Position numbers and translations under genes: made by a program | Notes under the pieces: model-generated | Told to the model about the DNA's origin: nothing | What the model saw: only the letters and a program-made list of their open reading frames with translations | Databases searched by the model: none | Shown here: piece by piece, positions 11,502 through 25,309 of the stretch | Position numbering within the stretch: the stretch's first letter is position 1 | Layout of the letters: every line of letters begins with the position of its first letter | NCBI GenBank assembly: GCA_048128005.1 | Contig: JBEUKZ010000065.1 | Span: 186,001 to 250,000, forward strand | DNA: 64,000 nucleotides | Source: Veleropilina oligotropha | Taxonomy: Eukaryota | Reading direction: 5' to 3'

Positions 11502-12597
11502 CTGCAAGTGGACAAAATGAGGTATTTCCTGGCATCATGAATACTAAAGTGCAAGAGCTGTAACGCAGACAAATTAGTCCCAAAACCGAAACAGGCTGGA
11601 CTTGTTTGAGATCCTAAGATGTTCGTCTTAACTAACCAATCCATCATCAACAATCACTACATGCTCTTAATTATATAAATGAAAACAGATCGGCTAATGA
11701 GGAATCTGGAGGCCAGGCATACAGGCCTGCTGATACGTGAGAATGCAATCTCGGCCACGAAAAATGGAACCAATATCCATACTATATCAACAGCAATATA
11801 TTTGATCGATTCTGTACAAATCTTCATATATGCTGTAAAACAGCATTCAATTTACAGCACTTTAAAGCAATATATGGTGAGCCAGCAGCACTCATCTGCT
11901 TTATCTCCAAGAAATGAAATAGCATCCGATAAACATCATACTCTTAATCAGTGGTTTCAACAATTTGTTGAAATAGTTGCCATAAATTACAATTCAAGGT
12001 GTAACAATTAATACACTACATTGATCACCCGTGACAAATACCACAGAGATACCTACTCGTATTTGCTACAAGATTGAAATAATTTTGTTACAGTTAACTA
12101 CATTTTTCAGGTTGTCATGATCAGAGATTAAGTGTTTGGACACAATATATGTATTTTTTGTAATATGGACAACTAATATTTCTTCATCTACATGGATCCC
12201 CTTTTCATAAGGTGGTCTTAATAAGCTTCTTTTCAATGCACACTTGTTTGGGAAGAACAGTCATGAATTCATTTATTCTTGCAGAACATGCTTCTTTTTG
12301 CGCTTCAAATGGGGTACATCTGCTGCTGACATGCGTATGCAGGCCTTGCTGTATCGCCAGCATTACACCTACCACCTGTCCCCTGCTCTACCATTATAAA
12401 GGCTAAATCAATCCTTGCCAGCCAGCCCTCTCTACACCAGCATAGCACCCAGTGAGCACATTCCAGCTGGCCGGTTTACGAGCAGTTTATGGCCTGTTTA
12501 TGGCTGTATAATTGTCCAACATGGCTATAAAGCTGACAGTCAGACAACTTGACACAGTAATTAACTCTCCTGTACCACAAAAGACAACACATCCCCA

Positions 12598-13358
12598 CTG
12601 CTGAGGGTATATGGAGAAATAACAAAGCCTACACATCTCCTCTGCTGAGGGTATATGGAGAAATAGCAAAACCGACACATCACCTCTGCTGAGAGTATAT
12701 ATGGAGAAATAACACAGCCACACATCACCTCTGCTGAGGGTATATGGAGAAATAACAAAGCCACGCATCACCTCTGCTGAGGGTATATGGAGAAATAACA
12801 TAGCCACGCATCTCCTCTGCTGAGAGTATATGGAGAAATAACAAAGCCACACATCACCACTGCTGAGGGTATATGGAGAAATAACACAGCCACGCATCAC
12901 CACTGCTGAGGGTATATGGAGAAATAACAAAGCCACGCATCACCACTGCTGAGGGTATATGGAGAAATAACACAGCCACGCATCACCACTGCTGAGGGTA
13001 TATGGAGAAATAACACAGCCACGCATCACCACTGCTGAGGGTATATGGAGATATAGCAAAGCCACACATCACCTCTGCTGAGGGTATATGGAGAAATAAC
13101 ACAGCCACGCATCACCTCTGCTGAGGGTATATGGATAAATACGGGTATATGGATAAATAACAAAGCCACATATCACCTCTGCTGAGGGTATATGGAGAAA
13201 TAACACAGCCATGCATCACCTCTGCTGAGAGTATATGGAGAAATAACACAGCCACACATCACCTCTGCTGAGGGTATATGGAGAAATAATAAAGCCACAC
13301 ATCACCTCTGCTGAGGGTATATGGAGAAATAACACAGCCACGCATCACCATTGCTGAG
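12598..13358. repeat. 43-bp minisatellite, about 18 units
   Basis: Unit CTGCTGAGGGTATATGGAGAAATAACAAAGCCACACATCACCT. Confidence 0.95.
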
Positions 13359-14351
13359 GCCAATTATGGACACTATGACTGGTAACCCCAACAAGTTAAT
13401 CCACAAAGTTTCCATGTGGAGGATTCAAACCTGCCCTTGTGAGACAGCACATTCTTTAGGAGTGAATTTGAAGTAGTTTTTTTAACCCCGTTGCTCAGAG
13501 TAGGCGATAAATTAAAATTCAAGTGCATTTTACAGTGAAATACAATGTGTTTTACATCAGCATAATATCTTACTATCTTTTTATCTGTTAATAGATATTA
13601 TTCTTCCAAAATAAATACATCATTTGAAAATTAGACCTAATAAAGGGCAGACAATTATAACACCTAAGCTTCAATGGCATAATAATGAAATAAAACATAA
13701 GCATATGGAGATTCTGTTTTGTTCCTGAATCGAGACGCCGTTGCCCCTTCAAGCTGCTGAAGTGGAAACAGCGGAATGCCGAAATTAGTGCCGCAAACAT
13801 CCTGTCCTGAGCTTATGTATATTAAACGCACAACTCAGATCTGAGTGTAGACCGCTATAATGAAACATAATGGCAAAAATCTACATAGCTCTTGACATCA
13901 GACACCCAGCCGGAATAAAACACTCAGTAACGAGTGCTGTATTACACTTAATGAGCGATACAGGGTTACCATGTTATTTCATCTGACACTTAACACCATT
14001 AAGAAATGAAGTATATTAAAAATTATAAAACAAGATATCAGTATTCAAAACACACTGATCTAGTAAAGCATTGATTACATTGGCTTACTCATAAATAATA
14101 TCAAAGAATTATCCCACAACTTAATTCATACCTTAGTATACAATATTAAAAGTTTTTGCACTAGATCTAAATTAAGAACGCAAAAATTAATTTATATGAC
14201 TGGTGCAGTTTAAAAACGTCTTGTCTTCTTCACATTTGAATTTTTATTGATATTATCTCATGACATAACACATTTTGTTATATTGATTTAAATCAATTAT
14301 TTAATATCTAATTAAAGTAATTAATTGTATTACTATAAGTACATCTATGTT

Positions 14352-14686
14352 GGTTGAGAAGATATTGTTATTGGTTCCAAGTGATGACATAGTGAACGGG
14401 TGTGGGTGATCACTGCCAAGCTACCGTGGCGCGTCCTCATCAATCCTCACCCATGAACCTGACTGGACCAAACACAAAGTCAAGGAGGCCATCTACATCC
14501 ACCAACACAAACCAACCATGAACCCGTGACCAGGGATACCAGCTGCCCGCCATCTGCCACAGCCTGCTACCTGAGCGCCCCAGCAGCCAACAAGATCATT
14601 ACGTGATCAAGACTACTAGCTGAGTAGTCGAAACGTCAATCAGCGCTTCACTATCCTGTTCCAAAGTAAGTTAAAAATCTTTTCAC
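14352..14686 (+). mobile_element. 5'-truncated Penelope-like retroelement (GIY-YIG endonuclease C-terminus remnant)
   Basis: From 14443 it translates ILTHEPDWTKHKVKEAIYIHQHKPTMN/RDQGYQLPAI, matching the PLE EAI.I...NRD.G motif with one frameshift. 12-bp TSD TACATCTATGTT at 14340-14351 and 14687-14698. Confidence 0.85.
14598..14640 (+). ncRNA. Hammerhead-like motif with variant core GTGATCA (G3-C8)
   Basis: GTGATCA-a-GACTACT-agctg-AGTAGTC-GAAA-CG-TC at the usual position at the end of a PLE ORF. Stem I is imperfect. Confidence 0.55.
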
Positions 14687-14782
14687 TACATCTATGTTAT
14701 CCACAACAGATTTGCGGTTTCTCTTTGAGGATACTTCTAGCAGCAGTGACATCAAGCAAAATGTGAATATCATTTGAACGAA

Positions 14783-15050
14783 AAGGAAAGGATCGATGCT
14801 TAATATCCTGTATATTGTCAACCATCCTTAGGTTCAAAGCAGGCCTGACATGTCCATATTATCGTGGGAGGAAAGACCGGTCGCCCGGGAAACCCGACCT
14901 CTCCGTCCAGTTACGGACAACTGTGAACCATAACTTGAACAAATAATGTCATGTCTCCACCGAGGTTCGAACCCACTACTGTTCATGCGGAATCAAGCCA
15001 GTGATTTTTCGTATTACCACAATCGAAACCACACGACTGTCGGAGCGGCC
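14783..15050 (-). mobile_element. tRNA-derived SINE, relative of the 4.1 kb copy
   Basis: Colinear homology and a GGTTCGAACC B box. TSD ATCATTT(G/A)AACGAA at 14769-14782 and 15051-15064. Confidence 0.85.
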
Positions 15051-15255
15051 ATCATTTAAACGAAGACTTACACAGCTGCAAGAATAAAATTTGCTCTAAT
15101 ACATACAAACATTCATGAATGGACAATTGGACTCAGGATATCACACAGATGACTAAAAGACCTATGAATATGGTATCCGAGATTCATGTATCGCTAATGA
15201 CCTTGATGTCAAAAACGTTCAAGATTTATGTGCATTTGTTTTAAATACGACATTA

Positions 15256-15487
15256 TTCACACATATATGTGATGGTGGACCAGCGCTGCAATGTTCACAC
15301 ATATATGTGATGGTGGACCAGCGCTGCAATGTTCACACATATATGTGATGGTGGACCAATGCTGCAATGTTCACACATATATGTGATGGTGGACCAGCGC
15401 TGCAATGTTCACACATATATGTGATGGTGGACCAACGCTGCAATGTTCATACATATATGTGATGGTGGACCAACGCTGCAATGTTCA
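15256..15487. repeat. 38-bp minisatellite, 6 units
   Basis: Unit TTCACACATATATGTGATGGTGGACCAGCGCTGCAATG. Confidence 0.9.
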
Positions 15488-15545
15488 ATGAAATTTGAAC
15501 CCATGAATATGAAGAGTCTCTACTGTTAGAATCTGCCCTTACTCA

Positions 15546-15680
15546 TTTCGACCATGACATATATGCCAGGTACAGTAAATGAGTTTATTTTCGACCATGA
15601 CATATATGCCAGGTACAGTAAATGGGTTTATTTTCGACCATGACATATATGCCAGGTACAGTAAATGAGTTTATTTTCGA
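15546..15680. repeat. 43-bp triplication spanning the left end of a TA-CAGT MITE
   Basis: Unit TTTCGACCATGACATATATGCCAGGTACAGTAAATGAGTTTAT. The last copy continues as TACAGTAAATGAGTTTATTTTCGAGGG. Confidence 0.8.
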
Positions 15681-15895
15681 GGGTATTAATTTTTGTGGTT
15701 TTGCTTAAAAAGGCATTTTCGAGGGCTCTTAAATTCGTGGATTTCATATCTTGGATGATAATAAAATCTAAATATTGTGTACTTCTGAGACGTGACGAGT
15801 TATTACGACCAATTACATTTGTAAGATCAAGACAATGCCAACATTGTCGCTGTCACTGAGTCAGTGTTGTTTCTAACTTGTGAATCCTCGACCCT

Positions 15896-16870
15896 GCAAG
15901 TGGAGGGGGTGAATCCCCTTCCAATAGAAGCCAATTTTAAATCTGAAAGCTATGAAAACGGTGAAAAACGATAGGCGTCGTGTCCTTACCGTACCAAAAG
16001 TGTATCTCAAATCATATACAAACTCAGTTCAACGCACACAAGAAATCTGTTAAAAAATGACTGACACGACAGCCATCTTGAATCTGAAAATGACAAACAT
16101 CGTTAGGTGGCATGTCCTCATTATAAATAATGTGCATGCCGAATTTCAATCAAATCAGATTGGAACTTTTCACTGTAGAGTGCATACAATAAATCTCTTC
16201 AAACAAAAATGACTGCCACGACGGCAATCTTGAATACAAAAACAACGCAAATCATTATGCGACGTGTCCTCATCATACCAAACGTGTAGATCAAATTTGA
16301 AATAAATCCGATAATAAGTTTTCACTGTAGAGTGCACACAAGAAATCTCGTCATACAAATGGCCGCCATGCCGACCATCTTGGATCCAAATACAACGAAA
16401 ATCGTCTAGTGGCATGCATATCCTCATCATAACTAATGCGAATACCAAATTTAAATCAACTTGGATAATAACTTTTCACTGTAGAGCGCGCACAGGAAAT
16501 CTCATAAAACAAATGGCCGCCATGGCGGCTATCTTGGATCCGAAAACGACGAAAATATTTAGGCGGCATGTACTCATCATAACGACCGCGCATACCAAAT
16601 ATGAATCAAATCGCATAATAACTTTTCACTGTAGAGCGCACACAGAAAATCTCTCCAAACAAAATGGTCGCCACTGCGTCCACTATGGATCCGAAAACGA
16701 CGAAAATCGTTAGGTGGCGTGTCCTCATCATAACTGACGTGCATACCAAATTTGAATCAAATCAGATTAGAACCTTTCACTGTAGAGCGCACACAAGAAA
16801 TCTCTGCGGCGGCTGAATGATGCCTAAAACCATACTATACCCAAAAATGTTAAATTTCAGGGACACAATT
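15896..16870. repeat. Satellite-carrying dispersed element (about 152-bp units), HINE-like
   Basis: Repeated TTTTCACTGTAGAGCGCACACAAGAAATCTC units. The same family occurs at 25768-27830 and 55905-56190. Confidence 0.75.
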
Positions 16871-18623
16871 ACCCCAACCAAACGACAGCCTCGATACAAC
16901 GCGCCTCGGTATAGCGCGGATTCGGTTATAACACCCAACACAAATTTTTTTTAAATTAGCACAAACCAACCTCGCATCACAGTAATAGATTACCGCTGTA
17001 CATTTTGAGAGATAGTCAACAATGGGAACCTTATTCTAGCATAAACGCAAATGTATATTATTTGTTACATGCAATACAAATATCGCAATCCAATTAATTA
17101 TTGAGTGTCCCGTATCGGTGCTTCTTTCATGGAACATGCACAGTGGACGCATTGTTGTTTGATTTATTTCATTCACAATTTCGACACTTTAGCACTTCCA
17201 CCAATCTTTGATAGAAATAGGAGGCCTAATTAAGCCTAAATACCTTTTGCCTTCTTTATTCAACCGGCGACAGTAACAATAGACGAAAATTTAACTCTGA
17301 GACACCTTGTCTAGATTAAATTTACATCGACCGCCATTTGTCTAATTAAGCAGTTCTGTCCATAAATTAGTCCGTATTTTCATTGCTTTTCGGGTTGTAA
17401 ATATTACTGCATTAACATATTCAATGACACATTTAGTAGAATTAAAATTTTTGTGTCATTATTTTAGTAAGTAAAACAACAGACGTTACATTACCTTTGC
17501 AAGGTCATATTAGGTCACGCGTCAGTGGCGCCATCTATGTTAACAATAACGTATTGTTAACAATAACAATAGTTGTACAGGTGATAGCTTATCAGAAAGC
17601 ATAATAAATCACACGCATTGAAACAAATGCAGTCGTCAAGTCTCATGATTTGGGCGCGAGTCTCACGCTCGCTGAAGAAATCTCACGCTCATATCGAATT
17701 TCTCACGCTTTTAAAAATTCCTGATTTCTCCTGTTTTCATGCATTTTTGTACCAGAAACATGTCTAAAGCAGGGGTTCATGATAGCAATCGATGTTATCC
17801 AATTAGCCCGAAGAATTATTTACCTTAATTACTTCAATTAGCCCAAAGAATGCTTTAGCCCGAAGAAACCTTAAATTGGCTTAATTGCTTCCCCTCATCG
17901 ATGATTTTATTTAACGGCCCAAGCTACTTAATGACCATTTCGCAGTATTCTTTGTTGATACGCAATTACTGTTCCAAATATTGTATATCTAGTATTTCAG
18001 TTTAAGAATATCATTTATTCTTAATAATGGCGTTTTAAATGTAATAAATGTAAAACAGCATGTAGCCACGTGCTTATCGCAAAACGGAAATGACGCGAAA
18101 GGAAATGACGTTTTGCGTTCTTTTAAAAGATCTTTTAAACCTGGTTCAACAGTTTCAAAGATATTAAATGCAATAACATAGTGGTCTCGTTTTCGTTTTC
18201 ATCCATGTATAGCAGTTTACGAACGGTATGATATTTTAAGGTCACATGGCATTTGGATAACACCATGCAAAACACAAAGGTAATTAATTGTACTAATTGG
18301 TAATAAATTTGCCATGTGTGCGCATACAATTACAAAATACTTATTCGCGTTAATGGTACAATTGTGGCTACGTTCTGTTGGATTCATAATGTGCGGCAAT
18401 CGGGCCATTAACCGACGACCGCAAATAACTTTATTGCAATTACCGGTAATGAGAACAAAGATCCGAACACCATCGCACAATTCAAGAATAACGGTACAAT
18501 ACGTTTGTCGGGCTAATTTATTTGACAATGGGGTTTATTAAGAAGGCAATGGGGTTTATTAATTTATTTAATTTCTGACATGTGTAAATAATTTCCTTAT
18601 TATAATAATATGTATATGTATAT

Positions 18624-19075
18624 ATGCATATTAAGAACGGGTCCGCGCCCGAGTATCTGAAAGGTCAATTTGAACTATCTACTGCTTGTGTTACCAGAAA
18701 CAATGTATCTTCATTTGTAATACCTGGTGTAAATACCTTTGGAATGTCATCTTTTAATTATACTGGTGTGAAATTGTGGAATAGTCTGCCTGTAAACATC
18801 AAACAACTAAATTCGAAATATGAGTTTAAAAAGTCGGTAAAACAACACCTAAGGGCACAAATCTTAGCCAGCAGTCAAAACCCTTTTGTATTTTATTAAT
18901 CATGCTAATTGTCTTACTTATTGTCTTTTGTCTCTGTGTGAGGACCATAATGGAAATAAGTGCCGACTAGGGCTCCTCGGCAATATTTTTAATATGTATT
19001 TATTTTTATATTTATTTTTATATATCAAGATGTATATAAATTTATATTGCCAAATAAAAATCAATCAATCAATAA
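18624..19075 (+). mobile_element. 3' fragment of a LINE (CR1/L2 group)
   Basis: ORF2 C-terminus APEYL...SFNYTGVKLWNSLP, then a 3' UTR ending AATAAAA(ATCA)n. Confidence 0.8.
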
Positions 19076-19246
<171 letters not shown>

Positions 19247-19275
19247 ACAGAATTAATTCGATATTGTGTACTCAC

Positions 19276-19320
19276 AATACTGAAGGATAACGGTATTATC
19301 CTTTTGTGCGTTCCTGCAGC
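19276..19320 (-). other. Candidate 45-bp exon
   Basis: Acceptor TCTGTACAG|G with a weak pyrimidine tract. Donor ATT|GTGAGT. Confidence 0.35.
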
Positions 19321-19404
19321 CTGTACAGACGATTTAATTTAACAGTGAACAAAGAATAGAAAGATATTTCACCGAAATGTTTCAATTGTTGGTATGTTGA
19401 AACG

Positions 19405-20389
19405 CAGGACAATGACCATCGGTCATGTCAACATCAATAGCAGGACAATGACCATGTCGGTCATGTCACCATCAATAGCAGGACAATGACCATGTCGGTC
19501 ATGTCACCATCAATAGCAGGACAATGACCATGTCGGTCATGTCAACATCAATAGCAGGACAATGACCATGTCGGTCATGTCACCATCAATAGCAGGACAA
19601 TGACCATGTCGGTCATGTCACCATCAATAGCAGGACAATGACCATGTCGGTCATGTCAACATCAATAGCAGGACAATGACCATGTCGGTCATGTCAACAT
19701 CAATAGCAGGACAATGACCATGTCGGTCATGTCACCATCAATAGCAGGACAATGACCATGTCAGTCATGTCACCATCAATAGCAGGACAATGACCATGTC
19801 GGTCATGTCACCATCAATAGCAGGACAATGACCATGTCGGTCATGTCACCATCAATAGCAGGACAATGACCATGTCGGTCATGTCACCATCATGTCACCA
19901 TCAATAGCAGGACAATGACCATGTCGGTCATGTCAACATCAATAGCAGGACAATGACCATGTCGGTCATGTCACCATCAATAGCAGGACAATGACCATGT
20001 CGGTCATGTCAACATCAATATCAGGACAATGACCTTGTCGGTCATGTCACCATCAATAGCAGGACAATGGCCATGTCGGTCATGTCACTATAGCAGGACA
20101 ATGACCATGTCGGTCATGTCACCATCAATAGCAGGACAATGACCATGTCGGTCATGTCACCATCAATAGCAGGACAATGGCCATGTCGGTCATGTCACTA
20201 TAGCAGGACAATGACCATGTCGGTCATGTCACCATCAATAGCAGGACAATGACCATGTCGGTTATGTCACCATCAATAGCAGGACAATGACCATGTCGGT
20301 CATGTCACCATCAATAGCAGGACAATGACCATGTCGGTTATGTCACCATCAATAGCAGGACAATGACCATGTCGGTCATGTCAACATCA
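19405..20389. repeat. 38-bp minisatellite with an internal hairpin, about 26 units
   Basis: Unit AGCAGGACAATGACCATGTCGGTCATGTCACCATCAAT. Confidence 0.95.
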
Positions 20390-20483
20390 TCTCGAAAACC
20401 TCAACAATGAAGCCAATTAATGCAAATTAGATTATATCCGCGAACCAGGAGAGTTTCAATGCAGACAGTTGATAATAAATGGC

Positions 20484-20959
20484 TTTATTAGATGCCAGTC
20501 GTTTTCTGATGCCTATTCTCGCGCAGTTTTCCGAGACCCTGTATCACAGACACAGCTGATATCGATTCAGAAAACGTCTCCTGCTTATATATTCACAGGA
20601 AAACGTCTCCTGCTTATATATTCACAGGAAAACGTCTCCTGCTTATATATTCAAAACAGCTGACAAATCGTAGGAACTACTTCCAATATAGTCCTATACT
20701 ATTTCAACCTCCCTTACATATTCGTGACTAAAATTACCATAATCTTTCGATGCAACTTAATAAGAAACTTGTTGTGGCATATAATAAAAATGTTATCAGT
20801 TATTGTGTGGATTCTGGCACATTGGAAACCTCTCGTGACGTCGTAGTTTTTTCGGCGGATAAATCGCTTGAACTTCGTTCTCGCGATTAATCCGCCGCAA
20901 AAACTACGACGTCACTCGAGGTTTCCGTTGTGCCAGAATCCACACAATACTGATAACAT
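20484..20959. mobile_element. Hairpin-bearing non-autonomous element, Crypton-like
   Basis: IR TTTATTAGATGCCA (20484) / TGGCATATAATAAA (20775), then a 170-bp near-perfect hairpin at 20790-20959. Confidence 0.65.
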
Positions 20960-21330
20960 CATTTGATCAAAGCAGGACTTGCTTTTATAAACACCGTACA
21001 TCTAAAACAGTTTAGTTGTGTCAATTTCGTCTTGTTTAAATATCGTTATAATTACATGTAATAGCCATGACACACATATAGAGAACGTATCTTTCATCTG
21101 AGCTCAGATTTCTTAGATCAAAACTGACTGGGTGGCTCATATTTCGTTGAGACTTTAAATTCGTGGTTTAGCCTACCCACGAAAACCACGAAATTTGGTA
21201 CACCACCAATATTAATGATTCTACACTATATGAAAATCGAGAATTTTAGAGCATTCGAACCAATCATATACTCGAGCTATCACAGGAGTGATCACATGCC
21301 CCCACGAAAGCATTTGACCCAGAAATAGCA

Positions 21331-22107
21331 GTGATATTAGACACTCACTGGATATAGTCTGTTCTTGTTATGGCAATATATATACTGCCATCTCAAGATA
21401 CCTATGGAATAAACCAATGGGGAAGCTAGTTTTCAAAACACATCTGACTTTGATAATCCCAGCTTCTCAGAGTGACCATTAAACTTAACAGCTTACTGTG
21501 CCTATCGGCAGTGAGCAAGTCTTACAGATAAGCATATGTCCCTTTCATCATACAAACATAATACTTACATAACTTATCTGCTTCTTTTCTATCCTCAATA
21601 TTTCAAGGCATAATTAAACTTTTCAGAATAACTGCTATAGTGTGAGTGTAGGCATAGCAAAAATAAAATCATGTAACGTCTGCATAAATATTTTTTATCA
21701 GGGGTGAGCATGAGGGGGGACAAATCTGAATGATTAACATGTCTGTGCCTCTCTCCGCTCATACACTTATGAAACATCTATGGTCTAAGCTTAATTCTCT
21801 ATAGAACACATACCTTTTGAGAAACAGAGTTAAACGCAAAAACTTAACTTAAAAACTTAACACAGATTACTCTGTTGACAAAGTCATCGTAGGACACGGT
21901 ACATAACAGCTACGTTATATATCAAGCATCTGAAGCATTCAGTAAACAACAGTACCCTTGAAGCATCTATGGTCCAAGTTATGTTGATCTAGAACATATA
22001 TTTTTGAGAAACAGACCTAAACGCAAAACTTTAACAATTGTTGATGACGCCGTCGCCGACAGAAAAGCAATACTTAGATGTCTCTTTCCCTATGTGCGAG
22101 ACAAAAA
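21331..22107 (+). repeat. Dispersed HINE-like repeat, copy 1 (copy 2 at 56335-57323)
   Basis: Colinear with 56335-57323. Ends in a (GAC/GCC)n tract and a GTCTC...GAGAC-AAAAA hairpin. Confidence 0.8.
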
Positions 22108-22727
22108 CCTATTAAAATGCTTTAAAAATACATCAAAATTTATGGCTTAATTGATTTAATGAAGCAATCAAACTATTGCTTTTTTGGCATCACCTGTATA
22201 TAAGCATAAATAATCGGATGAAAATATGCATGAAAATAAAGAACATGAATACAAATGTGTAAATATCAATTGATCAATGTTCATATAATTGTAAATTAAT
22301 TATCCCTAGCTAATAATATTTGTCATCGTCTTCACAAATGGAGGCTTACGCCATGATGGTTAATTTAATCTTAAATAAGTTTTGCCCTTAAGTTTTATAT
22401 TTATCACATACTTTAACGTATAAAGATCCAACAATTACTCTGTTAAATGGCGTTCTTATATAACGACAAGAGTTTCTTATAGTGGCTGTTGAGTGTGATG
22501 CTGGAGGGTATTGAAGCATACAAGTCCGCAATGTTTTTCATTAAAAGATGCAAAACAAGGCCACTGAGAGGCAGTTACAGCTCGCTGTGTTCAGCTTCAT
22601 TAACCATTAGATACAAAGCATATATCATTTGCTGAAAAAATGAAAACTATTTTTTCCATTTTCACTAATGAATATTTAATCTGCATCCTAGAACAGTTAA
22701 TGACTCTGGCTCTCTAAACAGACATAC

Positions 22728-22863
22728 TGGCGCACCGCGACATTCTCGTCCACTAACGAAACTCCTCCAGGGCAAAGAGGCGGTAATCACGAGTGAAGTG
22801 GCCGTATCTGGCATAGAAAGCGGATCCCACATTCATTCATAACACGAGGTAGTCGACTACTAT
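22728..22863 (-). other. Candidate exon (136 bp) containing a 27-aa short ORF
   Basis: Acceptor TTGTTATATTCAG|A, donor CCA|GTATGT. GC-rich island encoding MNVGSAFYARYGHFTRDYRLFALEEFR*. Confidence 0.5.
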
Positions 22864-23251
22864 CTGAATATAACAACCTTGAACTGATTTTTGCCCAATA
22901 ACAAATTTCTGCGATCTTGCTTTGACTTGCAACTTTCTTGCTGATGTTTATAGTCAGTCACCATTTTGCAAAACAATTATAATATTCCATTTGTCTGACT
23001 GTTCTCTGGTTAGACAATGTCGGTTGTGGGTTTGACTGGCGATCTACACACAATGGATTGACAAGCACGTTAGTCTATAACCAGTAGGAGAATTGATATT
23101 AGGAATTCGAGTGGCTCGATGCTTATAATGTCCTGTGTATCTACAATCTTCACGTTCAAACCAGGACATCGTCATGTCCATATATTTACATCATTTGCTA
23201 CATAGTGCACCACAATTTGATTGCATTCATACTACTATGAATGCAATAGAG

Positions 23252-23490
23252 ACTAGAAATATGTCCATCGGACACGAATGCCCCCACTGGCAGCCTTGAC
23301 CATAGGGGCAGTGTACAAAGTATCAAGTCAATCCATGAAGGCAAATAGAAGTTATAGCAGATTGGAGTTGCTTACACGCAAATACTGGTTTCGGGACGGA
23401 CGGGACGGGACGGACGGGACGGGACGGACGGACGGGACGGACAAGAGTAAATCTAAATGCCACCCCAATAAATTGGTGGTGGCATAAAAA
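23252..23490. repeat. Short HINE-like element with a (GACG/GGACG)n tract
   Basis: ACTAGAAAT start, microsatellite, and terminal hairpin ATGCCACC...GGTGGCAT-AAAAA. Confidence 0.6.
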
Positions 23491-23759
23491 ATAGGCTAAG
23501 CGTAGTAATATCACACTATATTTCTTGTTATAATATAATTGTTATGTATACATGTAAAGTTTTGTCTCTAATGTAAAATTTACATTACGTATTTAATATC
23601 AAATAAATTTATGAATTGAATTTAACAATATTGGTCATTATTTTTACCACAGAATGAAATCCAAACAGGATCTATTTTTTGTATGATTGAAAGGTGTTCC
23701 GTTAATTGGACGTTACCTGACGATATACAATAATTACAACAACACAACACAGTAAAATA

Positions 23760-25273
23760 TACTGAGTCAAAAAAGAAACTTCACATTCTTTCTTCTGGGC
23801 ACTAAAAAAGAACAAGAGATGGTAAAATGGTTAAATTGTTATTATTTCATTGCTGAGATGTGTGTGATGTACTCGATACACTGACAGTGCCACAATCAGT
23901 TCCATTAGGCTGCACCGCCGTTCCAAAACATGTGTATACAGAATGTCAAGTCACAAGAATAGAAATTCGAAATTTCTCAGTTCAATATCGTGTATGGCCG
24001 CCTCGCGCATTCACCACTGCCAAACACAGTCTCCTCATCGACCGCCTGATGTTTGTGAACACGTGGTTGGGGATTCTGCGCCATTGCTCTTGCAAGGCAG
24101 CGCCAAGTTCCTGCAAATTCTGTGGTTGGTGTCTAAGACCACGAAGCCTTCTCCCAAGTGCATCCCAAACGTGCTCGATTGGATTAAGGTCAGGGGACCT
24201 TGATGGCCAGTCCATGACGTTGATTCCAGCGTTTTGAAGGAAATTTCGTGTCAACATCGCGGTATGCGGCAGCGCATTATCATGCTGGAAATGTAGACCT
24301 GGCCATGAGCCGCCATGAAAGGAACGAGTTCAGGGGTGAGCACCTGGTCGCGATAAGCAGCAGCTGTGATGTTTCAACGAATGACCAGAAGTCGAGAACG
24401 GTTGTTTCCACAGAAAGCACCCCACACCATGCAACTTCCGCCCCCGAATATGTCCACTTCCTGCACACAACACTGGGCATACCGTTCACGACGTCGTCTC
24501 CAGACTCTATGCCTGCCGTCCGCGAATCTGAGGGTAAACCTTGATTCATCGCTAAAGACGACTCGATTCCAGTCTCTTTGGGTCCATCGGAGGTGACGTT
24601 GGGCCCACAGCAGACGTTGACGTCGATGAAATGGCGTAAATATTGGCCCACGATATGGACGTCGAGGATGGAGATTGGCAGCCCGCAACCGATTTCGAAT
24701 GGTCTGTGAGGACAGTCGACCTCTAAACATCTCAGCCCTGGTTCGTGCAGCCGGCAGAAATCTGTCACGTAGGTGACGTAGGACGATGTAACGGTCTTCT
24801 GCCCGTGACGTTACACGTGGACGACCCGACCTTGGGCGATCAGAAGTGGTGCCAGTTTCTTGTAGACGAATTCGTACGACGGCTGCATCCCATTGCTCTT
24901 GCGACGTCAATAACTGATCTTCCCGCGTGTAACATGCCAACGGCACGTTCACGTTGCACATTTGACAATCGTGGCATTTAAAGTACCGTTAGAACCGTGG
25001 TTTAAAAGTGTTTTTTCAATTCCTGAGGCCAATGCAAACAAGTGCAAATGAAATCAACATCGGTGTGAAGATTACGTGACCGACTGCACGTGCAAAACCT
25101 GATTTGGCACTAACGTCATTTGCACGAGGAATGGATGAGTTTGAGGGGGGTTTGCTAACGTTTTTCTAGCGTCGAAAGATAGGGATCCCATTTCGGATAC
25201 ATAGATCATCAGAGAAAAATTATTCATTACTTTTTCAAATTACATTTAGTGAAGTTTCTTTTTTGACTCAGTA
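23760..25273 (-). mobile_element. Tc1/mariner transposon, defective copy of the 57.7 kb element
   Basis: TIR TACTGAGTCAAAAAAGAAACTTCAC at both ends in TA context. Near-identical to 57671-59203. Confidence 0.95.
23982..24977 (-). pseudogene. Tc1 DD34E transposase pseudogene
   Basis: Relative to the intact copy: a 14-bp deletion near 24875, a GGA>TGA stop near 24375 and a 1-bp deletion near 24302. Confidence 0.92.
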
Positions 25274-25309
25274 TATTAATTTTTACGGGATTGTGATTAA
25301 ATACTAATG

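Noticed and set aside
19405..20389. CRISPR array
   Set aside because: The repeats are contiguous with no unique spacers, there are no cas genes, and the context is eukaryotic. The same applies to the other arrays.
23860..24981. Antisense and alternate-frame ORFs over the Tc1 copies
   Set aside because: They are shadow frames of the transposase gene.
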